From the NCBI RefSeq assembly GCF_009914755.1, contig NC_060926.1: DNA of 64,000 bases. One strand, given 5' to 3'. Both the position numbers and the translations under genes were made by a program. The notes beneath the pieces were generated by a model. That model was not told where the DNA came from, ran no database searches, and saw only the letters and a list, made by a program, of their open reading frames with translations. Numbering within the stretch: position 1 is the first letter of the stretch; each line of letters begins with the position of its first letter. Source of the DNA: the human T2T-CHM13v2.0 reference genome, Homo sapiens. Shown here one piece after another: positions 1 through 13,222 of this stretch.

Positions 1-150
1 TGAGTCTGTTCTAATGCTTCTAAGAAAGAGAACAATCTGGGGGAAACTGCCTCCATGATTCGATTATCTCCAACTGGCCCTGTCTTTGACACATAAGGAT
101 TATTATAATTCAATGTAGGATTTGGGTGGGGACACAGCCAAACCATATCA
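1..150 (-). mobile_element. THE1/MST-type MaLR LTR, internally deleted
   Basis: Ends GGGGACACAGCCAAACCATATCA, the reverse complement of the THE1/MST 5' end. Bases 1-29 resemble the opposite LTR end (TTAGTCTGTTCTCACGCTGCTAATAAAGA) joined directly to the 5' third. Confidence 0.8.
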
Positions 151-558
151 AGGTGCTTTTGGATAAGACTGACATTTAAATTAGTAGAGTGAGTAAAGCA
201 GATTATTCTCCATAATGTGGGTAAGCTTCATCCAATCACTTGAAGTCCTGAACAAAGCAAAAGACTGATCCTCTGCCAGGTAACATAGAATTATCCTGTA
301 TGACATTCTTCAAACTGGAACATCACCTCTTTCTGCCTGATAGCCTTCACAGTGAGACATTGGCTTTTCCTATTCTGCAACAGTTTCAGACTTTGGACTC
401 AAAATTGGACATCACTTCTATAGATGTTAGGCTTGCCAGACCTCCTCCATAATCATGTAAGTTAATTCCTTATAATAAATAAGTCTCTCTCCCTCTCTTC
501 CATATATATGCCATATATACTATTAGTTCTATTTTTCTGGAGAATTCTAACTAAAACA
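151..558 (+). mobile_element. MLT2 (ERVL) LTR, 3' part
   Basis: GAGTAAAGCAGATTATTCTCCATAATGTGGG...TCCAATCACTTGAAG; ends TATTAGTTCTATTTTTCTGGAGAATTCTAACTAAAACA, typical of MLT2B/C/D. Confidence 0.75.
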
Positions 559-559
559 G

Positions 560-1600
560 ATGCCTAAGGAAGGGAGGCTATTGAATTCCTACTTTAGATT
601 ACAGAGGCATGTTTACCTTTGGTATCCCAGAGCAGGGGGTGTCTTTCTGCAGACTTATTCAATTCATAAAGAAGTGTTGTAATCAGAAAAAAATTGGTTG
701 CCATGGTCTGCAGTATCCAGTTAAACCCAGGAGTCTTCTTAATTATCATTTCACATGGGATGTAAAATAAGTTTGGATAGTCTTTAATCTATCAGAAGAG
801 GTCATTTTCCCTCTTAGATACATCATGTACTAAACAATATGTTCTCATGGTTGCAATTTATCTTTGAAATTATATGTCTTTTTTTCTGCTACTGCTGAGG
901 GCCAGTAAATGGAATCATTTTGCAGGCTTCCTTGTTCTCTCAGTAAAATAGGAGATGATATACAAATTGTAGCAGAACTAAATCACAATACAAATATATT
1001 TATTGTCTTTTTTACACTCCAATATTATTATCCCAACAACAGAAATTTAGAACTTTAATAATTGATTGAGGGTCTAGGAAATGTAAAGGAGGCTTCAGTG
1101 AACCTCTGTGACATCATTATTTGGGTATACTGCTGTCCCTCCCAAGTGATAGCAAAAGATATTGCTTCTCTGGTCTAGACACATACTGAAAAAAGACAAA
1201 GCAAAGACCCATGAGAGTGAAGCCAATGGCTTCAGGAGGAATTGATGACAGGGTGATGTTGGGGTTAGTTACTACCAGGAAGTGAATTTGTTGATGGCCC
1301 TTAGGTCTTAAACAAATCTATTTTGTTTCTTTATCATAGGATTGGAATGCTATGAGTACTAGTGAAGGCTACAAGATGACCCTTGGATATAAGTTTTTCA
1401 ACTATAGGTTTGAGTGTCTCCTTTTCTTCAGGCTTCAAAGAATACTGAACATTTTGGGTAAAAATTTGGAAGGAGCTATCAATAGATTTTGCTCCAAACA
1501 TTTTACCTATGTCAGTGGAGTTTTTAGCCCCTAGAGTATCATGTACAGTGCCAAGATCCTTACCTGGGGTTTGCATCTAATATGGTGGAGAGGGCAAAGT
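560..1600 (-). pseudogene. Degraded ERV1 (gammaretrovirus-like) pol, RT domain
   Basis: Minus-strand translation: QYSLKPEEKETLKPIVEKLISKG (ORF 1334-1576), DLRAINK (1287-1307), TWEGQQYT (1121-1147), LLQFVYHLL at the YVDDLL position (~950-980), LLGLTGYCRPW (701-733). Many stops and frameshifts. Confidence 0.85.
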
Positions 1601-2249
1601 CAAATCCTGAGCAGACACAACTTAATTATGAGCAGAGTAGTTTTCTGGAACCTCAGAAAGTAGTCCCTCAGGTATACATTTAAAATTACAAATCCATTTT
1701 CCAAGGGAGTGTCTCTCTGTTGAATTTAAAGAAGTAGTATTGCAGAGCAGAAAATAATGTGTTTCAGTAAGGAATGAAAGGGCTGTGTCTAAGAAATGGA
1801 AGACAGAGAAAAAAATCCATGTATTATATTAAATACAGACAAACTGTGTGGTAAATTTACTACAAGAAAGAAGTTGAGCAAAGTTGGCAAGATTTAATAC
1901 AGAAAGAATAGCACTTATATCTGCCAGCAACTGATAAGGGTAAACATCCATATTTAACGTTAATTCACCTTGAGTATTTAAGGGTATGGCAGTATATTGG
2001 ATGTTTTTTCCATCCTTGGAAAATACTCATTGAGTTGAATTAAGATATTTTTGTCTTTGTTTTTATTTCATAAGATGGAACAAATTTTGTCCGTATGCCT
2101 CTTCTATTTAAAATATCAACAAGTGTCATTTTTGGTAGGAAGTTGGTTGGGAAGTAGCCCGCTCAGCTGTTTGATCTGCAGAGGCACAGCTTTACTTTCG
2201 GTTCTGTCTCCTTTTCTTTTGCCTTTTTCAGTTTCTTTTCTGGATACCT

Positions 2250-2900
2250 AAGTGTTGTACATATTTTGTGAGTACGTGTGATATTTCGACACTATAAACT
2301 CCATTCAAAATGCTTTGACAGGGGTTTCAGTTCAGCTAATGGGGCTATTCCTGATTGTAATTTCTGTTTTTTAATTAGGTCTCCAATTTTAGGCTTAACT
2401 CCATTTTTAGTAGGAGATAAAATGACAGCTGATACATTAACACATTCTTTAACTTCCAACTGTTTTCAGAAGTTATTCTAGTCTGTTCAAAAAATCTATA
2501 CTTTCATATTTTTGTTTGTGTTATTGAATTATGATTCAGTTAATTTTTATTGGAAATGTTTCAGGTATGGTTTTTAGGAAACTTTGATCTATTCTTGTTT
2601 CCTTTTAATTTTTACCCTAAAATTAACTGTAGAAAGCAAAATATTGTAGTCCATTTTGCAGGTCAGTCCAATCAGCTTTTGCCATTGAGAATTTAGCATC
2701 TGACGTTCTAACCAACATTTGTACAAGTGGATATAGGTTCATATATTTAGAATTCTCAAAATAATTCTAAATTATTCTGTGAATATTTGCTGGACTTGTT
2801 TGGGTTAAGATAAATCTTTCATTATAGCTTTTAATTTAGCTCAGGTCTACAGCTTACATTCTGTATTTGCCTATATACGTGGTTCATGGGAGGGATACAT
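2250..2900 (-). pseudogene. Degraded ERV1 gag (capsid region)
   Basis: Minus-strand peptides LYPLVQMLV..DAK..MAKADW (~2665-2740), FLKTIPETFPIKIN (~2540-2585), NGVKPKIGDLIKKQKL..LAELKPLSKHFE (~2300-2405). Lies upstream of the pol fossil on the same strand. Confidence 0.7.
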
Positions 2901-3326
2901 TTATAGAGGAAACTGCCAATTTGGGGTTTTAAGATAGTTTTAAAAATGGCAGTTGGTCTGGACAAGGGAAAGAGGAGAAAGGGACAGACACAGTTATGGA
3001 AGGAGAGAGATCAGAAGGATACAAGAGAAGAGGGAGGGGCTCAGTTTAGGGAAACACTTAAGAGGGCAAGGAGAGGAAGGATTTACTAGGCAAATGTATC
3101 TAGTTTGTTCTTGTTTAATTTTATGAAGTTGCTCATTTATTTGACAAAATAAACTTTTAGTGAAGGAATTTTGATTCAGGATTTTGTCTGAAGTCCTCTG
3201 CATGCCAAACAAAAAATGATCATGTAATCATCAGTTCCACAAGCTGTGAGGAGCGAGACATGAGGCGCCTCTATGAGTACTGCACCTGGCCAAAGACCGA
3301 GGCCCATGATGGGCAGTGCAGACTGG

Positions 3327-3344
3327 GTCTCAGTGGGATTTCCA
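3327..3344 (-). other. Degenerate retroviral primer-binding site (tRNA-Gln type)
   Basis: Minus strand TGGAAATCCCACTGAGAC matches TGGAGGTCCCACCGAGAT (complement of the tRNA-Gln 3' end) at 14/18, 7 nt after an LTR end ...TTTCCACA. Confidence 0.55.
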
Positions 3345-3351
3345 TGATGAC

Positions 3352-3550
3352 TGTGGAAACACATGAAGACCAACCAAATGATAACAAGTAAAGGCTATTA
3401 ATTCAGAGGTTGCTATAACAACAGGTCAGCCACGATCATCTGCATTTTTGCAGAAACCTAAAGGTTGACAGAGTGGGAGCTATGTAGTACAAAAAAGGAA
3501 GACTTCAGATATGCCCCAATTGAAGGTTGTTGGTATGGAGAAGCTGTGGC
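3352..3550 (-). mobile_element. ERV1 LTR fragment (5' LTR of the 0.56-3.5 kb element)
   Basis: Terminal CA on the minus strand next to the PBS; degenerate polyA signal region (CTCTGAATTAATAGCCTTTAC); resembles old MER-type ERV1 LTRs. Confidence 0.6.
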
Positions 3551-4624
3551 CCATTGTTTACGAAGGGTCTCTGAAAAAATTGTTTCTATGCCTAAATATA
3601 TTAGATATGCCCTACTACATGCTCCTTTTGAGATTCATAATGAGCCTAATGTATCCAAATATTATAGCCTTTTAGAAGTCCTCTACTAAAGAAATATTCA
3701 TCCACATGTTCCCTAACTGTATTCCTGGTAGCCTGATCCTTATTTAAACTTTACTAATGTTCTGCAGAAATAGTTTTAAGAAACCCTATGCCAAGTAATT
3801 CTGTTTGGTCCCTGTAACCCAAAAATAGTCAACATCGTTCATGTAAGGCAGAAGACCTACCAGCTGACTAAAGGAAAACATGCTGTGGTAAGGGAAGATT
3901 ACACACCCTGCTTAAATAGTCACCATTCCCAAAGAACTATGTATCCGCAATAGCAAAGTATATTAAATAGAAGATATATCTCGCAGTTTTCTATCTGCTT
4001 CCTTTTACTTTCCTTTCTTCTCGCATTGCCAAGCCATGATGTCCGCCCATCAGCTCACTATTGTCCTTATACAGTCTTTGGAATATCCAGTGCTTCCAAT
4101 CTCAACAGCTTATATATTTCACAGGCCTTGACAGGACTAGAAAGAGTCAGATTCTAGAGAATTTTCCTGAAGTATTAAATCTAGGTTATCAGGTAGTCCT
4201 TCCCTAGGCAGCTGAAATAATGTCTGCCCCTTTTTGAATATCTGGGGAAAGAGATGTCTAGGGAAGGTTTCCTTTTGCTTTCCAGGTTGGAATTTGTCCT
4301 GTGGGTTCTTAAAGGTATAAAACTGCTTTGAATAGCACTACTATGGGGAAGTGCACTTCAGGCCTTTCTCTTCTACCTCTACTTACTAGAAGATAGCGAA
4401 ACAAAACAACAAAACAAACAACTGATGATAAAACCATCCTGAGTCCACCCATTTCTGAGAGGCATACAATTTGATTGCCTAGATGCAAGCTTTTTGGGAG
4501 TATTAGTGGCTGCTAAAGAGTTAATAGAGTTCCTTATTCCGTACTTATTGACATTTTACTGGAAGACACTTGAATGAATGTTGTTTTGGGAGAAAACTAA
4601 TCTGTAATACAGGCCTTTGAAATA

Positions 4625-4840
4625 CAGATAATTCAAATTTAAGGAGTTTTTGACACGACAATGGTACAAAAGTGATAGACATTCAGTAAGCTACTCTGTT
4701 TATCATAGGGTTATGTCTAGATACACCCATTTTTAAGTTGGCAATATTGCTAAGTGAAAAACACACTTTTGATTTACAATATTTTCAACTTACAATGAGT
4801 TTATCAGGACATAGCCTCACGGTAAGTCGAGGAACATCGA
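4625..4840. mobile_element. MER82-like Tigger (TcMar) non-autonomous DNA transposon
   Basis: CAATATTTTCAACTTACAATGAGTTTATCAGGACATAGCCTCACGGTAAGTCGAGGAACATC matches the MER82 terminal region; degenerate CAGAT... TIR after TA at 4623. Confidence 0.65.
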
Positions 4841-5140
4841 TACTAAGGGGAAACTGGTGATTTGTTGTGATCAGTGGGAAATTATTCCAGTGACCACTGT
4901 CTGTGGCAAGTTGGCAGCTGCTCATCATACAATTGTGAGAGTATTCTACAATGGTTATGAAACAATATAAGTCTTAATATAATAGTGTAGTATTTATGGC
5001 ATATTGATATTTATGTTATATAAACTAAAATAACATAGTATAGTATTTATGGTATAGTTATTATATTTCTAGCTGTTATTCATTGTTATTTAAGAAATAA
5101 TCCTGTTCATTCATTTCTTCCTAAGGATTAGAGTCACCAT

Positions 5141-5447
5141 TACTATGGTGTGAATATTTGTGACCCACTCCCCCCAAAATTAATATATTGAAACCTAATA
5201 ACAAATATGATTGCATTAAGAGGTGAAACCCTTGGGAGGGCAGAGCCCTCATTAATGGTATTAGTGACCTTAAAAAAGAGGCCCCAGAGATTGCCTTGCT
5301 CTTTCCACTGCGTGAGGAAACAGTGAGAGGGTGCCAACTTTCAACTGGGAAATAAGCCTCACCAGACAGCAGACATGCTGGCACCTTGATATTAGACTGC
5401 TCTGCCTCCAGAGGTATGAGAAACAAATTTTTGTTGTTTGCAAGCCA
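5141..5447 (+). mobile_element. MLT1A/MSTD-type MaLR LTR
   Basis: TACTATGGTGTGAATATTTG...CCCCCCAAAATT...GCTGGCACCTTGATATTAGAC...GAGAAACAAATTTTTGTTGTTT. Confidence 0.75.
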
Positions 5448-5452
5448 CAAAG

Positions 5453-5787
5453 CCATAGGCTGCATAACAACATTTCAGTCAACAATGAACCACATATACA
5501 AGATGTAGATTATATAGATCTAATCTTACATAACTAAGATTATGAAATTGTATCTTTACTATACTTTTTCTATGTTTCAATATGTTTAGATACATAAATA
5601 CCACTGTGTTACAACCGTCTATGGTATTCGGTATGGTAACATGCGGTACAGGTTTGTAGCCTAGAAGCAATGGGCTATACCTATCTGTGTTTGTATCAGT
5701 ACACTCTATAATATTTGCAGAATGACAAAATCACCTAACAGTACATTTCTCAGAATGTATCCGTTTCTTGAGGGATGCATGACTGTA
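5453..5787 (+). mobile_element. Tigger3a (Golem/MER7) DNA transposon
   Basis: GCATAACAACATTTCAGTCAACAATGAACCACATATAC...GGTTTGTAGCCTAGAAGCAA...CATTTCTCAGAATGTATCC...GCATGACTGTA. Confidence 0.8.
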
Positions 5788-6411
5788 CAGACAGAAGCCA
5801 TGTACAGGCTATAAAAACATCAACTTGACATACAACACAAAGGCTAATGCCATAAATCGTTAGTTTCTACTAATAGAAGAGTACCTAGTTCTGTTTGTAA
5901 GACTACTTGAAGCACATTGAATTATTTTCTAGCTCCATGAACGGTAGGTAAAATTACTGATCTGAAAAAATCTCCCACTAGGTTCCCAATGGGGAAATGT
6001 TTTTACTAACCTTTTTGTAAAAGATGAGGAGTTAAAATGAACAGACCTTTGATGTCCACAAGATGTTGTCCAACAATTGTGCTCCCTGATAAAAAGTAAT
6101 TTGAAATTAATCAGATATCTGAAAAAGAAAAAAAAATATAAAACTAATCAAGAGGAAAATAAGAGGAAACTCTCCCTAATTGTGTTGGTTGTGGTTATGT
6201 GTAAAAGTAGTCTAATATGTGGATATTTGGCAATATAACATTTATGTTTGTACATCTCATTCATTATCTGCTAAATATTTCATATTTAAAGTTATTGGAC
6301 AAGGTAAGTCAGTCAAGAGTCATTGACCCCATTTGATATGTTGAAAGACAGACCCAAGAGTTATCTTCTCCTGGTGCCATAACAAATAAGTGAGTTTCTA
6401 AACCAAAATAT

Positions 6412-6769
6412 AATCATGTGCCACATAAGGACATTGTGATCAATGAGAGACTGCATATATGATGATGGTCCTGTAAAATTATAATACCATACTTTTCTTG
6501 TGCTCTTTCTATGTTTAGATATGTTTAGATACACAAATACTTCCCATTGTGTTACAGTTGCCTACCCTATTCAGTACAGTAACACGATGTACAGAGTTGT
6601 GGCCTAGGAGCAATAGGCTGTGTCATATAAAGTACGTATGTAAGAGGCTATATATATACCATCTAGGTTTGTGTAAGTACACTCTATGCTGTTGTGCAAC
6701 AACAAGATTGCCTGAAAATGCATTTCTAAGTACTTCACAATATCCCTGACATTATGGGATGCATGACTG
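6412..6769 (+). mobile_element. Tigger3a DNA transposon
   Basis: ATCATGTGCCACATAAGGACATT...TAGATACACAAATACTT...CCTAGGAGCAATAGGC...GGGATGCATGACTG. Confidence 0.8.
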
Positions 6770-7669
6770 GAAATGTTACTTCATTCCTGATAAAATGGGC
6801 TCCTTCCTACCACTTTACTGTGCAGAAAATGGATAGTACAACATTGAAACTGTTGTTGATTTTATTGTCTTAGACAACGAATAATGATGCATTTTCCAGT
6901 CGGCACTGAAGCTGCTAAGGATAAATATTTAAAATTAACCCAAATCTGATATATTTTTGAGTTTATAGAGTTTCCTTTGTTAACAAAGATATGTGTCTCC
7001 TATGATTGTATAATATTTAATAATTCACTGGAATTTACTCTCATCTTGAGCTTTATGAGTCCCTCAGGGAGAAGATGACCTATTGTCTCATCACTTCAGG
7101 GAATATGTGTGGGCAGAAAATTAGGACTCCGCTTCTCTGCAACAGACGCCATGGGCAGAGAAGTAGATATTTGGTACCAAGCCCCTATAGGCCACAATAG
7201 TTTCTTAGGTCATGGTGGTTTTGCTTATTGTTTACCATGGAATGAAAACATTGCATTCTTTTTTGAGATTACTTCTAGAATTCCAAATTATGTTTCTTTA
7301 AATATCTCTTCTGCTTAAAATTTTAATGTTTCCTACCCAGTACAGCATCCTCTTATGATCTTGCCATGACTTTCTCACCTGGTCTCATACCCCAAGCTTC
7401 TCCCAGTGACAAGCTTTGGTACTCATTTAGAGGAGTTCATTGATTGTGCTCATGGCTTTCCAATCCCATTTTTTTCCCAATAATTGTATCCATCTTTACC
7501 TTTTTTCAGATGGTCCATTTATCTAGTTTGTGAAGAGTTTCTCCTTTTCTAGTTCTCTATACAGTATGTTGCTGCAGTTTTGCTCACTGATTCCTTTTTC
7601 TGAGTACTGCACAATATCCCCAGACACAGCAAAATTTTTCTCCTAGTAGTTCAATAAATTTTACCTCAG

Positions 7670-7790
7670 TAAGACTCTAAGTTCTTGAGCAGTAAGTTTG
7701 TGTTTTATTTGCCTTTTTCTTTCAAGGACGTGAAATAGGGTCTGAACTTAGAAAACATAAAATATGCATTGATTGAGCTGACTAACTGAA
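7670..7790 (+). mobile_element. L2 3' end fragment
   Basis: AGACTCTAAGTTCTTGAGCAG...AAATATGCATTGATTGAGCTGACTAACTGAA resembles the L2 tail. Confidence 0.45.
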
Positions 7791-7864
7791 TTTCCTGGTT
7801 TGTAACATAGGGTAGTGTAACAGCTTCAAATGAAAGTACTTGGTATCCTTTGTGGCTGGTATAG

Positions 7865-8070
7865 CATGCGGCACAAAGGTTAAGATATGGGCTTTAGAGT
7901 CAGACTTCCTAAGTTTAAATCCTGGCTCTGCTACTACTAGCTGGGTTTTGAATTAATTATTTTATACCTCAGTTTCCTCATTGCAAATTGGTTAATATTA
8001 ATATTTGTTTCATAAGGTACTTGTAAAGGGAAAATTAGTACATTATAAAATTTTAACAAAGTTTGGTATT
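7865..8070 (+). mobile_element. MIR SINE
   Basis: GGTTAAGATATGGGCTTTAGAGTCAGAC...AATCCTGGCTCTGCTACT...CCTCAGTTTCCTCATT core. Confidence 0.75.
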
Positions 8071-8119
8071 ATTAGTTTTTTTTTTTAAGGAATGAATGAA
8101 TAAACAAAATAAATGAAAG

Positions 8120-8420
<301 letters not shown>

Positions 8421-8545
8421 CATACTGTTCTCTTTCTGGAGTGTATCTCACCTTGCTAAATTATAATCTACTTGGGAAATACTTCACTCATTCATAAAGG
8501 CTGAAAATCATGAATCCCTTTCTCCTCCAAGGCATTGTCTTTTCC

Positions 8546-8764
8546 CTGTGCTGTCCAACACACTAGCCACGAAGCACATATGACTATATACATTTAAATT
8601 AATCAAAATTAAATTTAATAAAATATTCAGTTCCGCAGTTAATTTAGTCACATTTCAAGTATTCCACAGCTACATGAGACCAGTGAGTACCATACTATTT
8701 ATCGGCAATTACAGAATATTATAGAACATTTCCATAAATATAGAAAGTCCTATTGGACAGGGCT
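8546..8764. mobile_element. MER3 (hAT-Charlie) DNA transposon
   Basis: TIRs CTGTGCTGTCCAA ... TATTGGACAGGGCT; internal CACATTTCAAGT and TAGAACATTTCCAT...AGAAAGT. Confidence 0.75.
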
Positions 8765-8837
8765 TGGCATAGACAGTTTGGAAAATTATTTCAGTGATTT
8801 TATGAAAACTTTAATAATATTCATCATTTTGTACTAC

Positions 8838-8990
8838 ATTATATATGTGCATATATACTTACACATTTATTTACATGTTGCGTATATGTGTTTAAACGAT
8901 ACGTACTCATATATATCTACATTTTACATATATAGTTACATATGTATACACACATATCTATGCAAGGAATATATATGTATGTATGTATCT
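8838..8990. repeat. Degenerate (TA/CA/TG)n low-complexity tract
   Basis: ATATATGTGCATATATAC...TATGTATACACACATATC. Confidence 0.6.
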
Positions 8991-11967
8991 CTTTTACACT
9001 AGATTTTCTGTTTCTCATAGTGAGCAAAAAGTATATTATTAATTTTGTATTTCAGTATCCAGTAAAGTTCATGACACATAGAGATCACCTCAAAATAACT
9101 GTGAAATAAGTAAAGGATCTGGTAAATAAATAAATTTTAAATCAAACTAGTAAGGTTTTCTTTGGATTTTTTAAATGATAATGAATGAAAAACCAGCTAA
9201 TGAATGAAAAACCAAATGCAGAATGTACAACACTTGATACCATGCCATGGCATTGGAGTATTCTTTTAGTGATATAACCCGAAGTGTATATAAAAAGCTT
9301 TAAAGTGGTGAGTTGTCTCAATCGTGTAATAAATACTATATTGCTAATTTCTGCTTTACATACATCCAAGTAGAACTCATCTCACAGAACCATCTCTTTC
9401 TATATGGTTCACTTCTTGCCGCTGTAATTCCCTTTAAAGCCCTCACCTATATATTCCATGTTCATGCACCCTGATAGAGTCTACATAGCCTTAATATTGG
9501 GACAGTGGCATCTTGATGCCTGACCCACACATACAGTCTCTAATCAGTCACTGACATGCTGGCTCAAAAGTGAGAGCCAGAAAGGAATTAATCCATGCAT
9601 GTAGGTAGGTCTAGTATGGCAGATTATAATAATAGGGGGAAATGTTAATGAATATTTGGAGTCTTCATTAAGCATGTGACATTCTTCTGTACACAGAAGC
9701 AAAGACTATCTGCCTAAAACAGCCATTTAATAAGCTCTCACAGCCTAACTTCCCAATGGCCCAACCTATTTGCTGGACAGCATTTTTTTTTCTCTGTTTA
9801 AAAATGTATTGACTTCAAAGAAACAAAAGCAGAAATTTATTTAGCAAATTATAAGCGCAGATCCAACTTCCAGCCATTATTTAAGGACTGATCTTGGAAA
9901 AAAAAATACAGAAGGCTAGAAAATATATCTTTGAATATGTCCTAGAATAGAACATATTCAAGAATGCTTGAATGCTTGAAAAGAATGCTTCTGCTAAACA
10001 CGTCTCCTCAGTATACTGCCACATATGTTCAGATGGCATGGTATACTCCGGTTTCCAAATTCTAAATATCTAAAACAGAATATATTTTTATATCTTATAT
10101 TACATTTTTTAAGATATATTATTTGGAATTTTGAATATATAACAAATACGTCTGAGTGATTACCCCCAAAACATATTTGTATTTCATACACTGAGGTATA
10201 TTTAACTCATGCTATACTCTTTTTTATGCTATACTCCTAATAAACTAATACTAATATTAACTAATCATTTTCAAATTTTCTTTAATCTTTCTCTCCTCCT
10301 TATTGAAAATATAACTCTACAACAAAATCCTTCACAATGAATTTGGCATAGGACATGTAAAAATCTTACCTTCCAATTGCTTGGCCTTCAAAGAAAATCG
10401 AAGCTATAGAATTCTGCTCTACAGTAATCCAGATAGTATATAATTCATTTTGTTTTAGATGCTAAAGGAATCAGTGTAGCATTTATCAGGATCAGACTCA
10501 GGAGGCAGAATAAAATGTAGCTTTTATGTTCACAAAAGATATAGGTGCATTTGCTGTAGACTTCTTTTAGGAAAATAAATTACATGTCACTATAAGCCAA
10601 TTAGTAAATCTATGTGGTAGGTAATTCAAGTTTAACTCCTCCTTTATCATACAATGGTTTGATATAAAACTTTCCTTTAAACTACACATGCAAAAGTTCC
10701 GCATCTCCCTAGCCCAGCATCATGTAGGTACCTCAGAGCTCAATCTGCCACATAGGCAATTCTTGGCATCTCCCAGGCAGCCCTTTTTTTGGTAATTCCC
10801 CACGGCCTGCACCTATTTGCTACCTTCTTTTGTCGAGTAACAAGTATCCCTCTGGTAAACTGTCATGTTGGGAGTCTGCTCCTTGATTTCAATTTATATT
10901 GATTCAATTAGATTCATCTCAATGTGCTAATTTGTTATTGATAATTTATCTGACAATGTAATTAATGTTAACATTTAAAAGGAAGGCAATAATGTATGTG
11001 GATTTTCAGAGTCTCCAAATATTTAAAAAATGGATACATCTTTGATGATGGGAATTTCAAGTTTTTTACAGGCTAGGATAGTAAGATAACTAGAAATATT
11101 TTAAGAGAGCAAAGAAAAAAAAGCTTGTAAAGGAGAGTAGTAGTTTAATGATATAAATGTTAATTATCATAATCCACCTACAGTCTCTAGAAGTTATTTT
11201 TTTCTGAAGTAACTTCTGATTAATGGGATGTTAACCTAGAAACCTTATTTTTGTTTATTTTCTGGTTACCTTAGAGATGCTTTTTATCTCTTGCTATTGC
11301 CATGGAGATGGAGGCTGGCAGCAGTGCCTCTTCTCACAACACTCCACATGCAGTAGCAGTTCATACATTTGTATTCCAGGGAAGAGAAAGCTGGGTGAAG
11401 CTCTTCGCTTTCATTTGTTATCCCATTTCCAAACTTGGCAAAACCCATACAAGATTCCCTAAGGACACAGGAGACAAATAGCTTTGTATTAGTCTTTTTC
11501 CAAATCATCTGGGAAGGCCTACTTGGAAGGAAGCTAAACATCTGATTTTGGGGTCTGTTAATTCCTATTCTTTAAGCACCACAGGCTTTACCAATTATGA
11601 AGGGTAAAAACTTTCTGCGTTAAATATACACTCAGCAAATAAATCAACAAATAAAACACTTTTTTCCTCCTTATTCTCAACTCTCCCATACAGAATGCAT
11701 CTAATACTATGTTGTGGCTTTAATTGGTATATTTGCATATTGACAGTTTAACTCAGTGTTACAATCCCCTTGTAACAGAAGGCACGAGTTCTATTTTCAT
11801 TGATCTAATTAGCAAAGTTACATATTGACAGACCTAAGAAGATTCTACCTGGAGCATTTCCTTTTTAATATATTTAAATGTTGTTCCAAGTCTCCAGAGT
11901 CTGCCCTTTTGGGTGTGAACTAGTTTCCCGATAAAGTCACAGGCCACTTAAGGAAAAGATTAGAGGT

Positions 11968-12292
11968 AACAATGGACCACATATACAATGGCGGCCCCGT
12001 AAGATTATAATACCTCAGTTTTACTTTACCTTTTCTATGTTCAGATATGTTTACATACACAAATACTTACCATTGTGTTAGAATTTCCCACAATATTAAG
12101 TACAGTAGTGTGCTCTACACATTTGTAGCCCAGGAGCAATAGGCTAGACCCCGTAGCCTAAATATGTAGTAGATTATACCACCTAGGTTTGTGTAAGTAC
12201 ACTCTATGATGCCCAGACTTCAAACAAAGATGAAATCACTTAAGGACACACTTCTCAGAATAAATCCCTGTCATTAAGTGACTCCTACTGTA
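11968..12292 (+). mobile_element. Tigger3a DNA transposon (5'-truncated)
   Basis: AACAATGGACCACATATACAATGGCGGCCCCGTAAGATTATAATACC...GTGTAAGTACACTCTATGATG...TCATTAAGTGACTCCTACTGTA. Confidence 0.8.
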
Positions 12293-12927
12293 TTTAGCAT
12301 GCCCTGGTGCCCTCTGAAGGTGTTTCAAGCCCTGTTTTCAGGAATTAGTCATTTGATTTATCTCCTTTTGTGAATAATGTATAATACAGCACTGATGTTT
12401 GGTTTGTCTAATGAACTGGTGCACAACTGATGCTGCTTTCACAAGCCACTTAAAGAAAAGCACATTCTCTCTATGCTGAAGGCCGATTTCAAACAATATG
12501 TATTTAGGTTGTATTTTATATAAAATTGCATGAACAATGAGAGAATGCTAAGCAGATGTGAATAAGATTCTTTCATTACAAGTTTCATATAAGTTCTATT
12601 CTCCAAGAATGCCAGCTAAACAAAAGTAGAAAACAACTCACGTTTATTTTTCTTTTGCATGAGCCTAAGTACCGTCAGGGCAGGAGTTCACAAGATGTTT
12701 CTTTGCAAACCAAAGAACAGATATAATAAAATATGCTGTTGCTATTGCCCCTGTGCTAACAAAGTTTGATAATCTTGGATATAAAGAATCTTCTTTGTCT
12801 GTGAGTTATTACATAAAAAAGAATAAATTTTCAAATCTATATTTGAGGGTTCAAAACAACTAGATAAATGGCCAACAGAAAAAAGAGAACATTGAACAAA
12901 AATGCAATCATAAGAAATTAAACCTAA

Positions 12928-13222
12928 GGCCAGGCACAGTGGCTTATGCCTATAATCCCAACACTTTGAGAGGCCGAGGTGGGAGGATTACTTGAGGCCA
13001 GGTGTTTTTAGACCAGCCTGGGCAACACAGCAAGACCCCATCTCTACAAATTATATTTTTTAGACCAGGTGCGGTAGTGTGTGCACCTGTAGTCACAGCT
13101 ATTACATGGGCTGAGGTAGGAGGATCTCTTGAGCCCAGGAGTTTCAGTCTGTGGTGAACTATGATTGTGCCACTGAGTTTCAGTCTCCTGGGTGAAATAG
13201 TAAGATCACATCTCTTAAAAAA
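12928..13222 (+). mobile_element. Alu (AluJ)
   Basis: GGCCAGGCACAGTGGCTTATGCC; J diagnostics GGGAGGATTACTTGAGGCCAGG, CAGCAAGACCCC, GAGCCCAGGAGTT. Confidence 0.9.

Noticed and set aside
1334-1576. 80-aa ORF as a functional gene
   Set aside because: It is a short open stretch of a dead ERV pol, ending in a stop within the RT N-terminus.
11225-11470. Possible exon after a pyrimidine tract ending TTAG
   Set aside because: No convincing donor or coding signal; cannot be supported without transcript data.
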